Of a DNA stretch of 64,000 nucleotides, positions 12,712 through 27,673 are shown piece after piece. The notes below the pieces were generated by a model, which was given only the letters and a program-made list of their open reading frames with translations, made no database searches and had not been told where the DNA came from. Position numbers and translations under genes: made by a program. The stretch is taken from positions 4,057,957-4,121,956 of the forward strand of contig CAVNZM010000016.1 in assembly GCA_963693365.1 (NCBI GenBank). The letters run 5' to 3'. Origin of the DNA: Amoebidium appalachense (taxonomy: Eukaryota; Protista; Ichthyosporea). Positions within the stretch are counted from its first letter, which is position 1. The number at the start of each line of letters is the position of its first letter.

Positions 12712-13038
12712 ATATTATACACAACACCTAGGACTTCCCAATACTGTAGATCGACCAATGAGAGCCCTCGGTTAACGTTTATTGCTAGGTTTTTGAATGG
12801 AGGGGAGGACTGGAGCCTCCTGCCGGCGTGGCTGGGGTAGTAGCCCTGGGCAAAGTGTGTACTTATAGTTAGGTTGTGAAGGATGGTTTAGCTTAGCTGA
12901 ACTCATAGATAGCACCTTAACTAGTGTACTGTCGGTGCTGTGTGGTAGACGGTAGTTTCCCTAGAGGGCCTGAAAAGGCCTCCGGGAACAAAACGTGATA
13001 AAATAAAAAAATAAAAAAAAATAAAATAAAAAAAAAAA

Positions 13039-13052
13039 TGCCGGAGGTGGGC
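13039..13052 (+). repeat. Right target-site duplication of the LINE
   Basis: Exact copy of 36-49, directly abutting the poly(A)-like tail. Confidence 0.85.
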
Positions 13053-13551
13053 CACATTCGACGGCCTACTGCGTTTTCCAGCACAGCCAATCAAATGCAG
13101 CCAGTGACATATGTACATGCTAGGCAACAATGAGTGCCATCGTAGTACCTGACACCCCTATTACATATTATCCCCACTGTAAAAATGCGGGGCCCCACCG
13201 GTGGGGGCCCACACTTTCAAAGGGGCGCCCCTCGGAAACTCACATACTATATACCCCACTCTGCGCCTTTAAAAAAGCTTGAATGTGTGTCGGATTGAGG
13301 CCTACATGGGCTTTTTTATGCTCTATAGTCATGTTTTGGTAACTTTTTCTGATAACAAAAAACTAGTACTTTTGGTGGCCCACACTCAAGGCGGGTGGGG
13401 GCCCACATGTGAAAGCGGATGATTAGATTGGCTCGCGTCGCACCATCATTCAGTCGAGGATCGATCTGGCGCACCCAAATTTTTCAAAATGGCCGCGGCC
13501 GCGGCGGCAGCGCCGCCGACAGGATCGTATCACCAAGTATACGTAGGGCTA

Positions 13552-14790
<1,239 letters not shown>

Positions 14791-14877
14791 CCAGGTTTGA
14801 ACAGATGGTGTGTGAGGGGGTGGGGGTAATCCGAAGGCCTAGGTTGGGGAGGGGGGGCGGGAGTATGTTTGTGAAGG

Positions 14878-14908
<31 letters not shown>

Positions 14909-15404
14909 AGAGGGGGGGATGTTTATGAAGGATTTGGGGGGGGGGGGGGGGGGGGGGGAGGGGGGGGAGGGGGAGGGAGCGAGGTCATGCAAACGGGACA
15001 CAAGTTGCAGGCAATGCCTTTTCAATGATGGTGTGGTGCATGTATTACAAGTTAACTCAACTCGGCAGTACTTTTCATGTAAATTTCAAGATGCTTCTAA
15101 TTGTTAATGACATTGTACTGAAATATCGAAGAGATATGTTACATGATACGTGTAAACAAAGACATATAACAGACATTGTACAGAAATATCGCCATGGCAG
15201 AGATATGTTACATGATACACGGAAAGAAAATCACAAGAATCCGACACTACTAGTTGTTTGTTTCCTCTGTACACATTGGCCGCGATATACACCCAACCCC
15301 CACAAAAACGACAAAAAGCAAAAAGAAAAGAAAAATAAAAAGGGGGGGGGGGGGGGGGGGAAGAAAAAAAAGAAGAAGAAACGGCTGTGTTCGAACTTGC
15401 CAAC

Positions 15405-16624
15405 TTGGAGAAAGTGTAAAGTTTACATTTTTGGTTGTGACGTCACAACAGGGGTGTTTTACCGGCATATAAATATTTTTCTTTTGACTGGATTTATTCG
15501 ACGGAAAGATATGCAAGTATGCACGGCATACTGAGAAGACAATAAAAACTTCACGAGTTATCCAGTAACAAGTGCATACTGAGATACCTGAACACTGTGT
15601 GAAAATCATATAAATACTCAATGTGACGACCAACAGAATTCAACAAAAAGTCTAAAGTGTTCACATTGCCAGCTAGTGTAGCAGATACCCGGAGGGAAAG
15701 AGGTAAAACGCGACATAAAAATTCACACCTATCAACATGCTTGCGATTAAAAAGGTCAGCACAAAAGTGGCACCAGCGGCGATGAAAACAAGAATTACAG
15801 CGCCACTGCACAACTTCCCAGGCAATATCAACATCAGAGCACCACACAGACTTATCTACTAGGGTGGTATCCATACGTACAGCAGGAGAAATGTATCCTG
15901 CCAAAGCTCCCAAAAAGCGATAATGATCAGTAAGGTGTTGCCTAAGGAACATAACACATGCCGACTGAGTTTTACCTTTGATTTCTCTATCAGAACGAGA
16001 AAGAAACTTATACTGCGTATGGTAATAACGCGAAAAGGCAGAAAAAACAGGAAGAGAAAAGAAAGAGGGAGTGAGATAGCGAGAGGAAGAATCAGGTGGA
16101 AAGAGGGTAGGCTGAGGACATTCAGAAGTAGCGCTGGTGAATCGGGGGGGAAGAGGGATGGAGGGAGGGGGGGGAAAGAAAGCATAAAGAGGGTGACCAT
16201 CAGGTAGCCTAACTAAATGAAAACAAAAACGAAGAGACAATTCCTCTATACGACAAACAGCAGACGACAATCCAAACATACTGATTAAGGGAGGCACAAA
16301 CCGAGTACGAAACAAAGTGCGTAGCGCAGTACCCTGAAAATCGTCGAACTCGTTCAGCGCCATTGCCGCCTCGCGAGGTGGGGCGCAGGCCAATAGCGGA
16401 AGTCCATATTCGAAAGTCGGCCGTAAAAAAGTTTTATAGTAGAGAAGAAGGTTCGCAGGATATATTGCTAAAGAAAGATTTTTCATGAAATTTCCCGAAC
16501 GGGGGCTGCACGTGCGTGTAGAAGGTTAAAAAAGACAGGACTCTCAGAGTCCAGGCGGACTCTCATAGTCCGCTGGGAGGACCATACGAACCGACCCAAA
16601 ATGTAAACTTTACATTTTCTCCAA
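15405..16624. mobile_element. 1.2-kb element with 31-bp inverted repeats enclosing a LINE-derived ORF
   Basis: TTGGAGAAAGTGTAAAGTTTACATTTTTGGT (15405-15435) matches the reverse complement of 16594-16624 at 29/31. Confidence 0.6.
15551..16486 (-). CDS. C-terminal (post-RT thumb and Cys/His finger) part of a second non-LTR retrotransposon family (family B); 311-aa open frame
   Basis: YKTFLRPTFEYG is a typical post-RT thumb motif. WRCNSC..CHFC..RKH...C and TLDFLLN align with the 53.2-54.0 kb copy, which is linked to an RT domain. Confidence 0.75.
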   Translation of the reverse strand: MKNLSLAIYPANLLLYYKTFLRPTFEYGLPLLACAPPREAAMALNEFDDFQGTALRTLFRTRFVPPLISMFGLSSAVCRIEELSLRFCFHLVRLPDGHPLYAFFPPPPSIPLPPRFTSATSECPQPTLFPPDSSSRYLTPSFFSLPVFSAFSRYYHTQYKFLSRSDREIKGKTQSACVMFLRQHLTDHYRFLGALAGYISPAVRMDTTLVDKSVWCSDVDIAWEVVQWRCNSCFHRRWCHFCADLFNRKHVDRCEFLCRVLPLSLRVSATLAGNVNTLDFLLNSVGRHIEYLYDFHTVFRYLSMHLLLDNS

Positions 16625-16924
16625 TTGTCTGTTTCCCAGGCATGTACGACTATACATAGTGTTTGTACATCTAGTAGGCTCTGCATGCACGGTCACTATC
16701 TTAATTATACTGACCTCTCTCTCTCTCTCTCTCTCTCCCCCCCCCCCCCCCCCCCCACTCACACACCTCCCCAGGCCCCATGGTTAAAGAAGCAAAAACA
16801 TTAATGGCAAAATTCTTGAACAACTCGTAGGACAAAAAAGGATCATATAAAAAGTTTGATGTGGAAACAACTTCACGTGCATTGTACAGGGTCAAGTACT
16901 GATAAACCTAGTTTAGGCGGTACA

Positions 16925-17550
<626 letters not shown>

Positions 17551-18398
17551 TACGTAGATATAAACCCGGAACAAATTATCAAATAGAGTAAAAACTCGTG
17601 AGCAAACAAAACAGCACTACTGACCCCGTACGTTTGTGGAATACAACAGCCACAGTGCGTGCATGCCAAGCCTTTTATGCAGGCTGTTTACAAAATCCTA
17701 AAAAGGTTGCAAGTAAAAGTGTTGCACGACCAATGGCCTGTGCCCTCACTAAGAACAAGTGTTCTCCGTGGCCTGGCAGCTCGCCACTGCTGCTGCTACC
17801 GTAAAGGCACCTAGGCCTAAGTAGATGCAGTTATATATACCTTACAAATGTGGTTCCTGCACATTCAGGCTGTTTTCCTCACGTGTTCGTTTGTATATTA
17901 CAAACAATAATAGCCTATGTGTAGCTCGGATCTGGTCGACGTTGAACACTTTACATGACTTTCTGCAGCTTTGAGTGGTCAGGTTCTTTACTGGTAGCCG
18001 TTTATGGCTATAAACAAAAGTGTGCAAAACGTTATACATAGCGTGCATGGCGTTGCAGTGTATGCAACGCTCATGTTCTGAATCTAAACACAGACGTGAC
18101 ATGAAAGAGTCTATTTTGATCATATGAAAAGAGCGTCCCTTTTTTTCTAGCAAAGCAGAACAACAAGAAAAACAGCTGCGCCGCTGAAAACCGAGCCAAA
18201 GCTGCATTATCATGTATATTCATCACTGTACATACAAAATTTACCCCCTTCTTTCTCCCACGAGCAGAAAAACCTCTTGAGCGAACCCCCTTTTTTCAGG
18301 GGTGTGGGCCCCCGCCGGTGGGGGCCCGCACTAATTACCGGCGGAAATCGATCTGATCGTGGGGGCCCCCACCGGTGAGGGCCCAAACCTATTACATA

Positions 18399-18987
18399 TT
18401 ATGGGTAAGCAGAGGCTAGCATCGGTAGCTCCGAAAGAAAGTTAAGGCACCGGATCACAATATCATACTGTGCAGCATTAATAAGGTGATCTAGGATAGT
18501 CATCTTAAAACGGATATATTGAGGAAGAGAGGAAGAAAAGAGAATAAAACCGACAATAACCTCCGGTTCTAATACATTAGCTAACAGGTTGCATTAATTG
18601 ATAGATATGCAGCCGCGAGTAAACCGCCCCCCACACATATTACACATACGAGCAGGAGACACCAGAAACCGATTACACCGCCAAGCCATAATAATCATCT
18701 TTGCGTTTTTACACCACACCACATTACGAATAAACGAATCTATGTATGAACGAGACTCTCTAACCGTATCCGCCATATGCATATAGGCTACTAGTAGTTG
18801 GTGTTTTTGCGGTCCTAACACCGGAAGGGACTCAACACGTAGAGTAAAAAGATATCTATCAGAAATAGACTTGAAACTATTCATATTCACACTATGATCT
18901 AGCCGTACCTCCGGTGGGGTCGCCAGCCATTCCACATAACGCTCGGCAATGGGCAGAGACGATGGACGCTGCTTAACTATCACGAGT
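18399..18987 (-). pseudogene. Diverged 3' fragment of family-B non-LTR ORF2
   Basis: Reads AWRCNRFLVSPARMCNMCGGRFTRG, then past the stop at 18594 continues CNLL...TILDHLIN, matching the WRCN..CxxC..LDxLLN pattern of the other two copies. Confidence 0.6.
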
Positions 18988-19639
18988 GGACCAGTGTGAA
19001 CAGCCAGGTCCAGGTCCAGATGGGTTTTCGAAATCGCAGCCTGGATTCCAGCCTGCGGCAGTCCAGATGCCCCTTTTTGCGGTTGGCGGTGGAAAATCCA
19101 GACCGCCGGCTGGCTGCATCCGGATGTCCCGGCCGCGGCCCCTAATAACCTATTGAACATATTTTTTGAAAGAGAATTCAAGCTAAAATATATTAAAAAC
19201 AGAGAATTTCTTTGGGGGGAAAAAGGGTTCCTAGCATCCTCTCCTACATGTCGATGCCACTATTTCCAACTTCAAATTCGGCGGCTCTTTTCCTTTCAAA
19301 GTACTATTATACAAACGCTTAGTCTATTTTGCGCTGACCACAAAAAGTTGCAGAAGCTGCACAAAAATTATGAAACATTATCGAAATATCGCAATAATGA
19401 TCTTTCGTTAATCATATTGCTTTAACGAAAACTTTTAGCCAATCAAGTAACTTTAAAAAGCAGCCTCCGGATTAAAAAAAGGCCTCTCAATTTTTCGGAC
19501 CGGAGGCTGCGTTTTTGGTCACCCTAGATGATTTCCGGACTTCCTGGCCTAATCACACACGTCGTTGATTTGCTACGTGGAATTTGACCCCGTTACGTCA
19601 CTCCAATCCGAACCCGGACCTGGCTGTTCACACTGGTCC
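18988..19639. mobile_element. MITE-like element with perfect 24-bp terminal inverted repeats and a possible 3-bp TSD (AGT)
   Basis: GGACCAGTGTGAACAGCCAGGTCC (18988-19011) is the exact reverse complement of 19616-19639 and extends imperfectly to ~37 bp. AGT lies at 18985-18987 and 19640-19642. No coding capacity recognised. Confidence 0.65.
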
Positions 19640-20560
19640 AGTACGTTGTCATTATCATGAAACTCTAAATAGCTGCTGATATCTCTCAGTAGCAACCTCT
19701 TCTGCTTCCACATTTTCAACCATCAACCCTGTAATGCAGTTTGAACTTGCCTCCCTAGTCTTTGACGTGTCCGGGGGTTCAACATGCACATGAAATGAAC
19801 GGGTTCTAGGGATCCAATTTGAATGTATGGGGATTGCTTTGTCGCGGTAGTTCACTTTCGTCACTTTGCAGACAGCCACATCACATCTCTTAGTGCACTG
19901 TGAAACCTCTTTGCTGATCTTCGAGGGTGAAGGTCGTTTCCACTAACTTATTGACAAGAGGCCTCGGACGGCCTTCGGCTACTCGTATGCTCGCGCTCTT
20001 GCATATGACAATTCATGCTACACTTAATGTCGTCTCCTCCCCCTTCCCCGCCCCCACGGTGACACACACACACACACGCACACACACACACACTCGTATA
20101 CACTCGTATTCACACAAATGCGCACGAACGCACGTGTAAACTCCTTTCTTGTCTTGTCTGGTGTTCACCCTGCAGCCTACATGGGCACAAGAGCTACTTG
20201 GGAGACGAGGGAGGGGGGGGGGGGGGGGGGGGGAGGGGGGGGGGGGGAGGGGGGGGGGGGGGCAGCAGCCAGCGAAGGGTTCCGCCCCAACCCTTTTTTA
20301 GGGGCTCAACAAGGGCCTAAAGTTTACGTAGAACAAGGCGAGGGGAGGTCTTCCTATTCGTCACAGTGATATCATATGGGGTTTACGCTGTTTACTCGAG
20401 GCAAAGAGAGGCCAGTCTCAGGTATGGGGTTTTGCTCGGAATATCCCCTCAGCGGTATATCATGATCAAGTACATAGATGTCGGGTGTTGATATATATCA
20501 GGGTTTTCTTACTCTACGAAGCACCATAAAGACTAAGAAAATCAATTAGTTGGGTTCCCC

Positions 20561-20592
<32 letters not shown>

Positions 20593-20622
20593 CGGGCTCC
20601 CCCGGGACACTCGGTATCAGCT

Positions 20623-20666
<44 letters not shown>

Positions 20667-21455
20667 AGAATTTTGTAATGATGTGTTTCTCAAGCCAATC
20701 AATACATCTAATAAACAGGTCATAGTTGCGTGTGTTTAGTATAAAATCAAGGATGTTGCAATTTACAGGTAGGCTATCTTTCTGAGTGTCTGGATGTGTC
20801 GTGTGTGTGCTGCGGTGTTATGTGGTCTATCAAACTACATTTGGCAATACATGACCGTTTAAACTGGTGTGTGTACGACATATAAGTGCATGAGGAACGA
20901 TATGTATCGCATATTTGATTATAAATAGTCACCTTCTGTGTATTGGTGCATGCGCACTGCCTGAGTCCCTGCGACCATATCTTGTTTCAATGGCGGCCTG
21001 GATCCATCCTGGGCCGTCAGCCCCCCCCCCCCCCCCTCCCCCCCCGTCCCGGGGGTGCATATGCCACAAAGGCAAACACCTCTTCCCTTTCCCTCTGGAT
21101 CCCACCCCCCCCCCTCTCCCCCTCTCCGGATCCCCCCCCCCCCCCCCCCCCCCCCCTCGGCCTCCCCTCCCCCCCGGGCCCCATTTTTGTCTCTCTCTTT
21201 CCCCTCCCCCCCCCCCCCCCCCCCCCCCCTTAGGTATCGACGGGGGAGCTTCCTAGAAGCCCCGTCTCCTGAGTTCCTATCTATATTTTTCTTGCTTCTG
21301 CTTACTGCTGCAACTTTAACCCCCGGCCTTTCCCACTGCCCTTGCCTGCATAAGCAACCCTGCTCGTCTCTGATCAAGACGGGTGACCTACTCATGTTCA
21401 AGTGAAACAGTATCTGAGTTGGGTTTCGTTAACGAGGGGAATAGGTCGAAACTCG

Positions 21456-21590
21456 GGTACTGTGGATGACGTGGGCCCCCCCTGAGGATGGGCTCTGCTT
21501 ATTATGCATACTCTTTATGTATGGCTTGCATTCTGCATCGTGTTATCCGTTTGTTCTTGTGTACTTCGTACTTTTTGACGCATTCAAAAC
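21456..21590 (+). mobile_element. Diverged copy of the ~150-bp interspersed repeat
   Basis: GATGACGTGGGCCCCCCCTGAGGATGGGCTCTGC...GTACTTCGTAC...CGCATTCAA. Confidence 0.7.
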
Positions 21591-22456
21591 CCCCCCCCCC
21601 CCCCCCCGGGGTCCAACACACACACACACACACACACACACATCAAGACACGACGCACACACGTTTTTCCACCAGACAGCTGGGATGAAGCTGCTAGTAT
21701 CATCATTCAGGCTGTTGCTTCTCAGTATGGCCGTACACATTGTGCATTGAACTCATCTCATCCGGCAGCGTATTCACTGAGATCTTATATTCACGGTGTT
21801 TGTGACTCCTGGCATCCACTTAATTCAAGTTTGTTTTGACTTAACTAAATTATAATGATGATATATCCTCGTCATGGCAGCATGCATATGCCCTTGCGTA
21901 AGGCAGCAATCACGTATTCGCCTGAACCAACAACAGTTATTCCCCCCCCCCCCCCCCCCCCCTCCCCCCCCCCCCCCCCCCCCCCGCCCCCAAAAAAATA
22001 AAAATAAAATAAAAATAAAATAAAAATAAAATAAAAATAAAACAATAGGGCCGCGGGGTGCCCTTCTCGACCCCAGCAAACACACACACACACTGCTGGT
22101 ATGGCTGCCTCCTTAGTTCTGAATAATCACCCAGACTATTACTGCATTAAGTCTGCCCGCAAACCTGCCTGGCCAGTGTCTTTTGCTTCCCTCCTGTGTC
22201 CTCCCCCCCCCCCCCTCCCCCCCCCCCCCCCCCCCCTCCTCTTACCCCCCTGCGCCCCTTCCCCTCAACCTCGTGCGACAAACCTGCCCTGGTTTTTGGC
22301 AACTGCGAAGAGTGTGCAGGCCGTGGTACTACATTGAAACTTTAAGGGTGGCCGGTCCATGGGTGGGTGGGTAACCCGCTAGCGCTACCCGCGAGAGCTC
22401 GAGTTGGGGTAAACAGTGACTGAGTGGGTTTTTCTTGGTGGTGGTGGTGGTGGTTG

Positions 22457-22500
<44 letters not shown>

Positions 22501-23587
22501 CTGCTCCCACTCCCCTGAAGAGCCCGTGGGAAATCGTCCAAAAAGTCTGGAAAATTCCTAAACGTTTTGTGGAAATTTAATAGAACTCTGTTCTGAAACA
22601 CAACCGATCATATGACCATACGTGCATGCACCTGTACAATGTTGGAGCTCCCCCCCCCTGTCCCCAACAACCCACCCACCCACCCAATGCATGCGCATGG
22701 TGTGACTAATCATTAGTCCGCCTCTCAAAAAAAAAAAAAAAAAAAAAAAAAAAACAATCCTGCTTCTCTACCCCCTCACCCTTCCCCTTCCCCCCGAACC
22801 ACATTCCCCCCTCCCACAATAGGTACATGTCTCGTTGTGTATAAGCCTGATTCAGGCTCGCTTTATGCCCAACTGTTTATTTTTAGTCTCAAAAGTTGAA
22901 CAGAACAGAAACCCGTGCACATAATTCTCTCCGGCACATGCTTGCTCAACTGTAATGGCACCGACATACTTTTATTAGGTAGCAGAACAATGAGACGAAA
23001 CACTGTCACACACACTGAGACTTGCAAAACAGTGTTTTTATGTTTTTGAATAGTAAAAAAGCTAAACCGGGTACCTGGTTCTTTACAATCACAGAGTCTT
23101 CTGTAACACACTGTGGTCCTCTGTAGGGGTACAAGCGGAAAAATCCCCCCCCCCCCCCCCCCCCCCCCTCCCCCCACACCCACACCCACCCATCCACCCA
23201 CAAACTCCCACTCATCCACCCACCCACCTTGCAATACATGGGTAATAACCACACCACCATCACCCCAGCAAAAGCTATTCGGTGCAAACACAAAGCTGAG
23301 CGGGTATGTATCAACTGAATAAGTCTCGACAAAACGAACAAACAAGCAAACCAATAAAAGAGACTTTGCACTATACTGAACACAAGCAGAGAAAAAACAC
23401 TTCAGGCTAGCTTCCACTTGAAGCCTATATAACCCATCCAAAACTAAAAACTCCCTTGCACACCAATACCCAATGGGAAGTTCGAATTTTAGTTTCAAAT
23501 ACACATCCTTCAAAATATCTCGTGCATATCCACTCCCACGGAAAATATTTCTTAGGCACACCTCCGTATATCTCGCGTTGAATATAT

Positions 23588-23752
23588 CTACTTCCGGGGG
23601 GGATATTGCTGGCCGTATTGCTGGCCGGGTGGGGGTTGTTGGTAACCCTGGGGGGCCTGGCCGTAGGGGGGTTGCGGATAGGCTTGGGGGGGATAGCCGG
23701 GCTGGGGGGGTGCACCGTATTGGCCTGGGGGTGGCTGTGCATACCCGTACGG

Positions 23753-23791
<39 letters not shown>

Positions 23792-23832
23792 TGTGTGTGT
23801 GTGTGTACGTGTGTGTGTTTGTGTGTGTGTGT

Positions 23833-23881
<49 letters not shown>

Positions 23882-24164
23882 TTTTGGGGGGGGGGGGGGG
23901 AGGAGGGGGGGCAGTGAACGTGAGTGAGTGAATCTGGGAGTGGGTGGGTGGATGAGTGAATGAGTGAGGGAGTGGGTGAGTGTGTGTGTTTTGCAGTGGC
24001 AGTGTTGAGCGTGCTTATGCAGAATCCGGGTTCATCGATACATGTGAGTGTATGCGATGATAAACTCCAAGCGAGAGCTTTGAGAAAGATGTATTGGGTG
24101 GAGGAAGGGCCACTGACAGGGGTGTGTGTATCTGTCTCTGCGTGCGGCTATATGTGCGTGTGTT

Positions 24165-24229
<65 letters not shown>

Positions 24230-24259
24230 GTGTGATATCCGTGTGCAATGAATGTGTGT

Positions 24260-24310
<51 letters not shown>

Positions 24311-24738
24311 TGTGTGTGTGGCGGCGGGGGGGGGGGGGGGGGGGGGGGGAGGGGGGGGTTACGTGCGCATGTGAACGTGTACATGTGCATGTCCATGTGC
24401 GTGTGAAGTGGTTTCGGGGAGAAGAAAGGATGGTAGAGGGGGTGGGGGGTGGGGGGTACCTGAGCATACTGGGGCTGTTGCTGGGGTGGATAACCACCAT
24501 ACGGGTTGGCAGCCGCATAGCCCCCGTATGCACTCTGTGGCGCAAATGCTGTGGAATACAGGTGTTAACAATTAGGTTAACATTTGCAAAGAAACAATAA
24601 CCTTATTTGGAGATGGACGAAAGCAGGGGTCCAACTACCATCCATAACACTCGAAGGAAAAGGGAGACGTTCTATTTTTTTCTTTCTTTCTTCCCTTTCC
24701 CTTTTTTTTTTTTTTTTTTTTGTTTGGTTTGGGGGTTC

Positions 24739-24789
<51 letters not shown>

Positions 24790-24935
24790 TTTTTAGCAAG
24801 GGAGATCGGTTACAGCAGACAGAGGGCGGCAAAAACGAGACCCCCCCCCCCCCCCCACCACCATAGGCAAGTTCTAACAGACAAAGCACCTACGAAGGTG
24901 ACGAATCCCCCCCCCCCCCCCCCCCCCCCCTTTTT

Positions 24936-25009
<74 letters not shown>

Positions 25010-25571
25010 GAATGCGGAACACGGTACGAAGTACGCATACACGAAGGACACATGCAAAGGCAAACATTCAAGTATGCAACATAGCCATGCGCACAGTATG
25101 CGTCATAAGCAGAGCCCATCCTCAGGGAGGGCCCAGGAGGGGGGGGAAGGGGGGGCACGTACCTGCACTGTCATACTGCACAGGCATCCCCGGCTGCGTG
25201 GATCGGAAAGAAAGAACACCGATAAGTTACGAAGCGTCATGGAATTTCCAATAGATTTCCATTAGTTATCCCAGTATCTATCAACCCCTCGGCTTCACTA
25301 CCTCCTTTTAGCAGCACAAAATCTCCTTAAAACAGAAACAAATCCCAGAAATCGTGTTCCTCTCCGTGAATCAAACCAAGGCCATGTTCATATTCGGCAG
25401 TGTGTTCTTTTTTTTTGCTCATACCTCCAACAAATTACGTGCTATATATCGTGTGTGTATATCGAAACGAAAGGAAAATACAAACCTGAACATCCCAGAA
25501 GCTCGTTTGGATCAGTGCACAGAGGTGCGGATGTTATTTGTGTCTTTGTAGAGGGGATGGGATGGGGTGTG

Positions 25572-25637
<66 letters not shown>

Positions 25638-25875
25638 GCAACCAGAAGAGTGCTTGATGGGACGACTACAGACGTGGAGGTGATGGAGGAGGAGGACGAG
25701 GGGAGAGAGGGAGGGGGGGGGGCATGGAGCAAGGAAAATGTGGGAAATGCCCGGAGTTGTGTTCGAGCTGGGTGTAACAGCGTTGTGTGCTTTCATGTAC
25801 AGAAGGGCGGGGTTGGGATTGGCGTGGTCATGTTTTCACCCATTCTTTCTCAGTTTTTTTTAAGAAGGAGGCGCG

Positions 25876-25959
<84 letters not shown>

Positions 25960-26131
25960 GTTCAAATGTGTTAGGGGTCTCTATTAGTACACACCTGCCA
26001 CTGGGCGGGTGGTTGCTGCTGTGCCGGTGAGCCCATGGGCCGTGCGGGGGGTTGTGCTGGACGGGCAGGGGGGGCAGATTGGATCTTTCTGCTGAAAATT
26101 GTGAGTGCTATAACAAGCAATTAACCCACGT

Positions 26132-26162
<31 letters not shown>

Positions 26163-27629
26163 ATAAAATAAAATAATAAAAAATAAAATAAAATAAAAAA
26201 TAAAATAAAATCTCAACCTCCCGCACAGGAACACATTGATTACCGCGAATCTTCCCTTTCCACAAGTGACCTGCAAAGAACCAACCAACCCCCCTCCCCC
26301 CCCCCCCCCCTCCTCCCCCCCTCTCAATGAGAGAACAAGGAAAAAAAAAACCCGCACCTCTTGTACTCCTCCAGCTCCTCCTTCCGTGCGTGGCAAAAGT
26401 CGATGCATTTGCCTTGGAACTTGAGCAGCCGGTTTGTCAGGTCGGCATAGAACTGAAGTTGGGGGAAGGGGACGCGTTAGAGAGTACGAAGTGCACACAC
26501 ACGACACAAGGGGGGGGAGGGAGGGGGGGGGGGGGGGGGGGGGGAGGTGGGGTGGGGATAAATGAAAGGTGATCTTCCCCCCGGTCATTCGTGCACACAC
26601 ACAAGGCACAACCACCCACCCACACATCACACCTATCCCCCCCCCCCCCCCCCCCCCCTCTCTCAAAAAAAATAACAACCCAACCAAAATACCCCCCCCC
26701 CCCCCCAAAAAAAGGGGACCCATCCACCCCCCCCCCCCCCCTCCCTCCCTACACACACCCATTCACCCCCCCCCCCCCCCAACCACAACCCCTCCCCCCC
26801 CTCCACCCATCCACGCCACCTTCTCCCCCCCCCCCCCTTCTCCCCCCCCCCCCCCCCTTCCCTCCCTCCCTCCCAAACACCACCACCACACACACACCTG
26901 CTGCCCCTCGTGCAGGTTCTGGCTCAGCTCACTGAACTTGTCATATGCAATGCCCAGGTTGCGCAAAACAGTCTCCCTCTTGCGTGAAAGGTCGCTGGTA
27001 GACGCTAGACGGTGAAACTCTTGCGCCTTAACCTATTCAAGGAGGAAGAAAGGTGACGTGTCAGTGTCCATATGAACGATTAAGTCGGTAATTCTCCATG
27101 ATTCCTTTATTATGGCATATGCGAATTTCCTAGAATAATAAATCCAAGTTTCACCCATTATCCTCATTATCATCAAGGTCGATGTGTTGACAGGCATATG
27201 TTTTTTACTTGTGCGTCATTCCGTCCTGTTCGATATTTGATTATCATCTTGTTGTGATAAATGTAAATGTGATAAATGTAAATACCTGGCAAATGCACGA
27301 TTTAAGCCCAGGCCCAAGACCCTTCATCCTTGTGCATGGCTTTAATTATAAAGTATGCTGAAGTTGTGCCATGCATAGTATTATTGAAGCGTTATGAAAA
27401 AAATTAAGTTCACATGCAGGTTTGAACTTTAAAAGGTGCACATGCGGTTTATCTCTTTAAAAGACGTGCACTAAATTAGAGCTCCAAAAGGTATAATAAC
27501 GGCTGAAACATTTTTAACCTCTTCCAGCACATACTTTGATCTCGTCCACCAGTTTCTTCTGTGCCTTGACGTTGTCGTCAATCTCTTTCTGCGCCGGTCC
27601 ATACGTGGCCTGCACCCAACACAGCACCG

Positions 27630-27673
<44 letters not shown>

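Larger units (their letters stand above)
50..13038 (+). mobile_element. Full-length non-LTR retrotransposon (LINE): ORF1 with zinc knuckles, ORF2 with RT-RNase H-CCHC, disrupted APE endonuclease
   Basis: Flanked by the identical 14-bp direct repeat TGCCGGAGGTGGGC (36-49 and 13039-13052). Ends in an (A)nT-interrupted poly(A) tail at ~12998-13038. Contains gag-like CCHC knuckles, RT motifs, an RNase H and a C-terminal CCHC. Confidence 0.92.

Noticed and set aside
12820-12836. 3' UTR sequence TGCCGGCGTGG resembling the target site, as a possible RNA guide
   Set aside because: Only ~6 contiguous matches, which is expected by chance in GC-rich sequence.
12805-12856. HDV-like ribozyme resemblance in the LINE 3' UTR (GCC-TCCTGCC-GGC..TGGGG)
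   Set aside because: No nearby partner strands for P1 or P2, and LINE ribozymes normally sit at the 5' end.
17598-18213. Short ORFs inside the composite element as a possible transposase
   Set aside because: No DDE, tyrosine-recombinase or zinc-finger motif is recognisable.
21421-21458. Hairpin GGGTTTCG...CGAAACTC as a tRNA or SINE head
   Set aside because: No cloverleaf or A/B boxes, and it is absent from other copies of the adjacent repeat.
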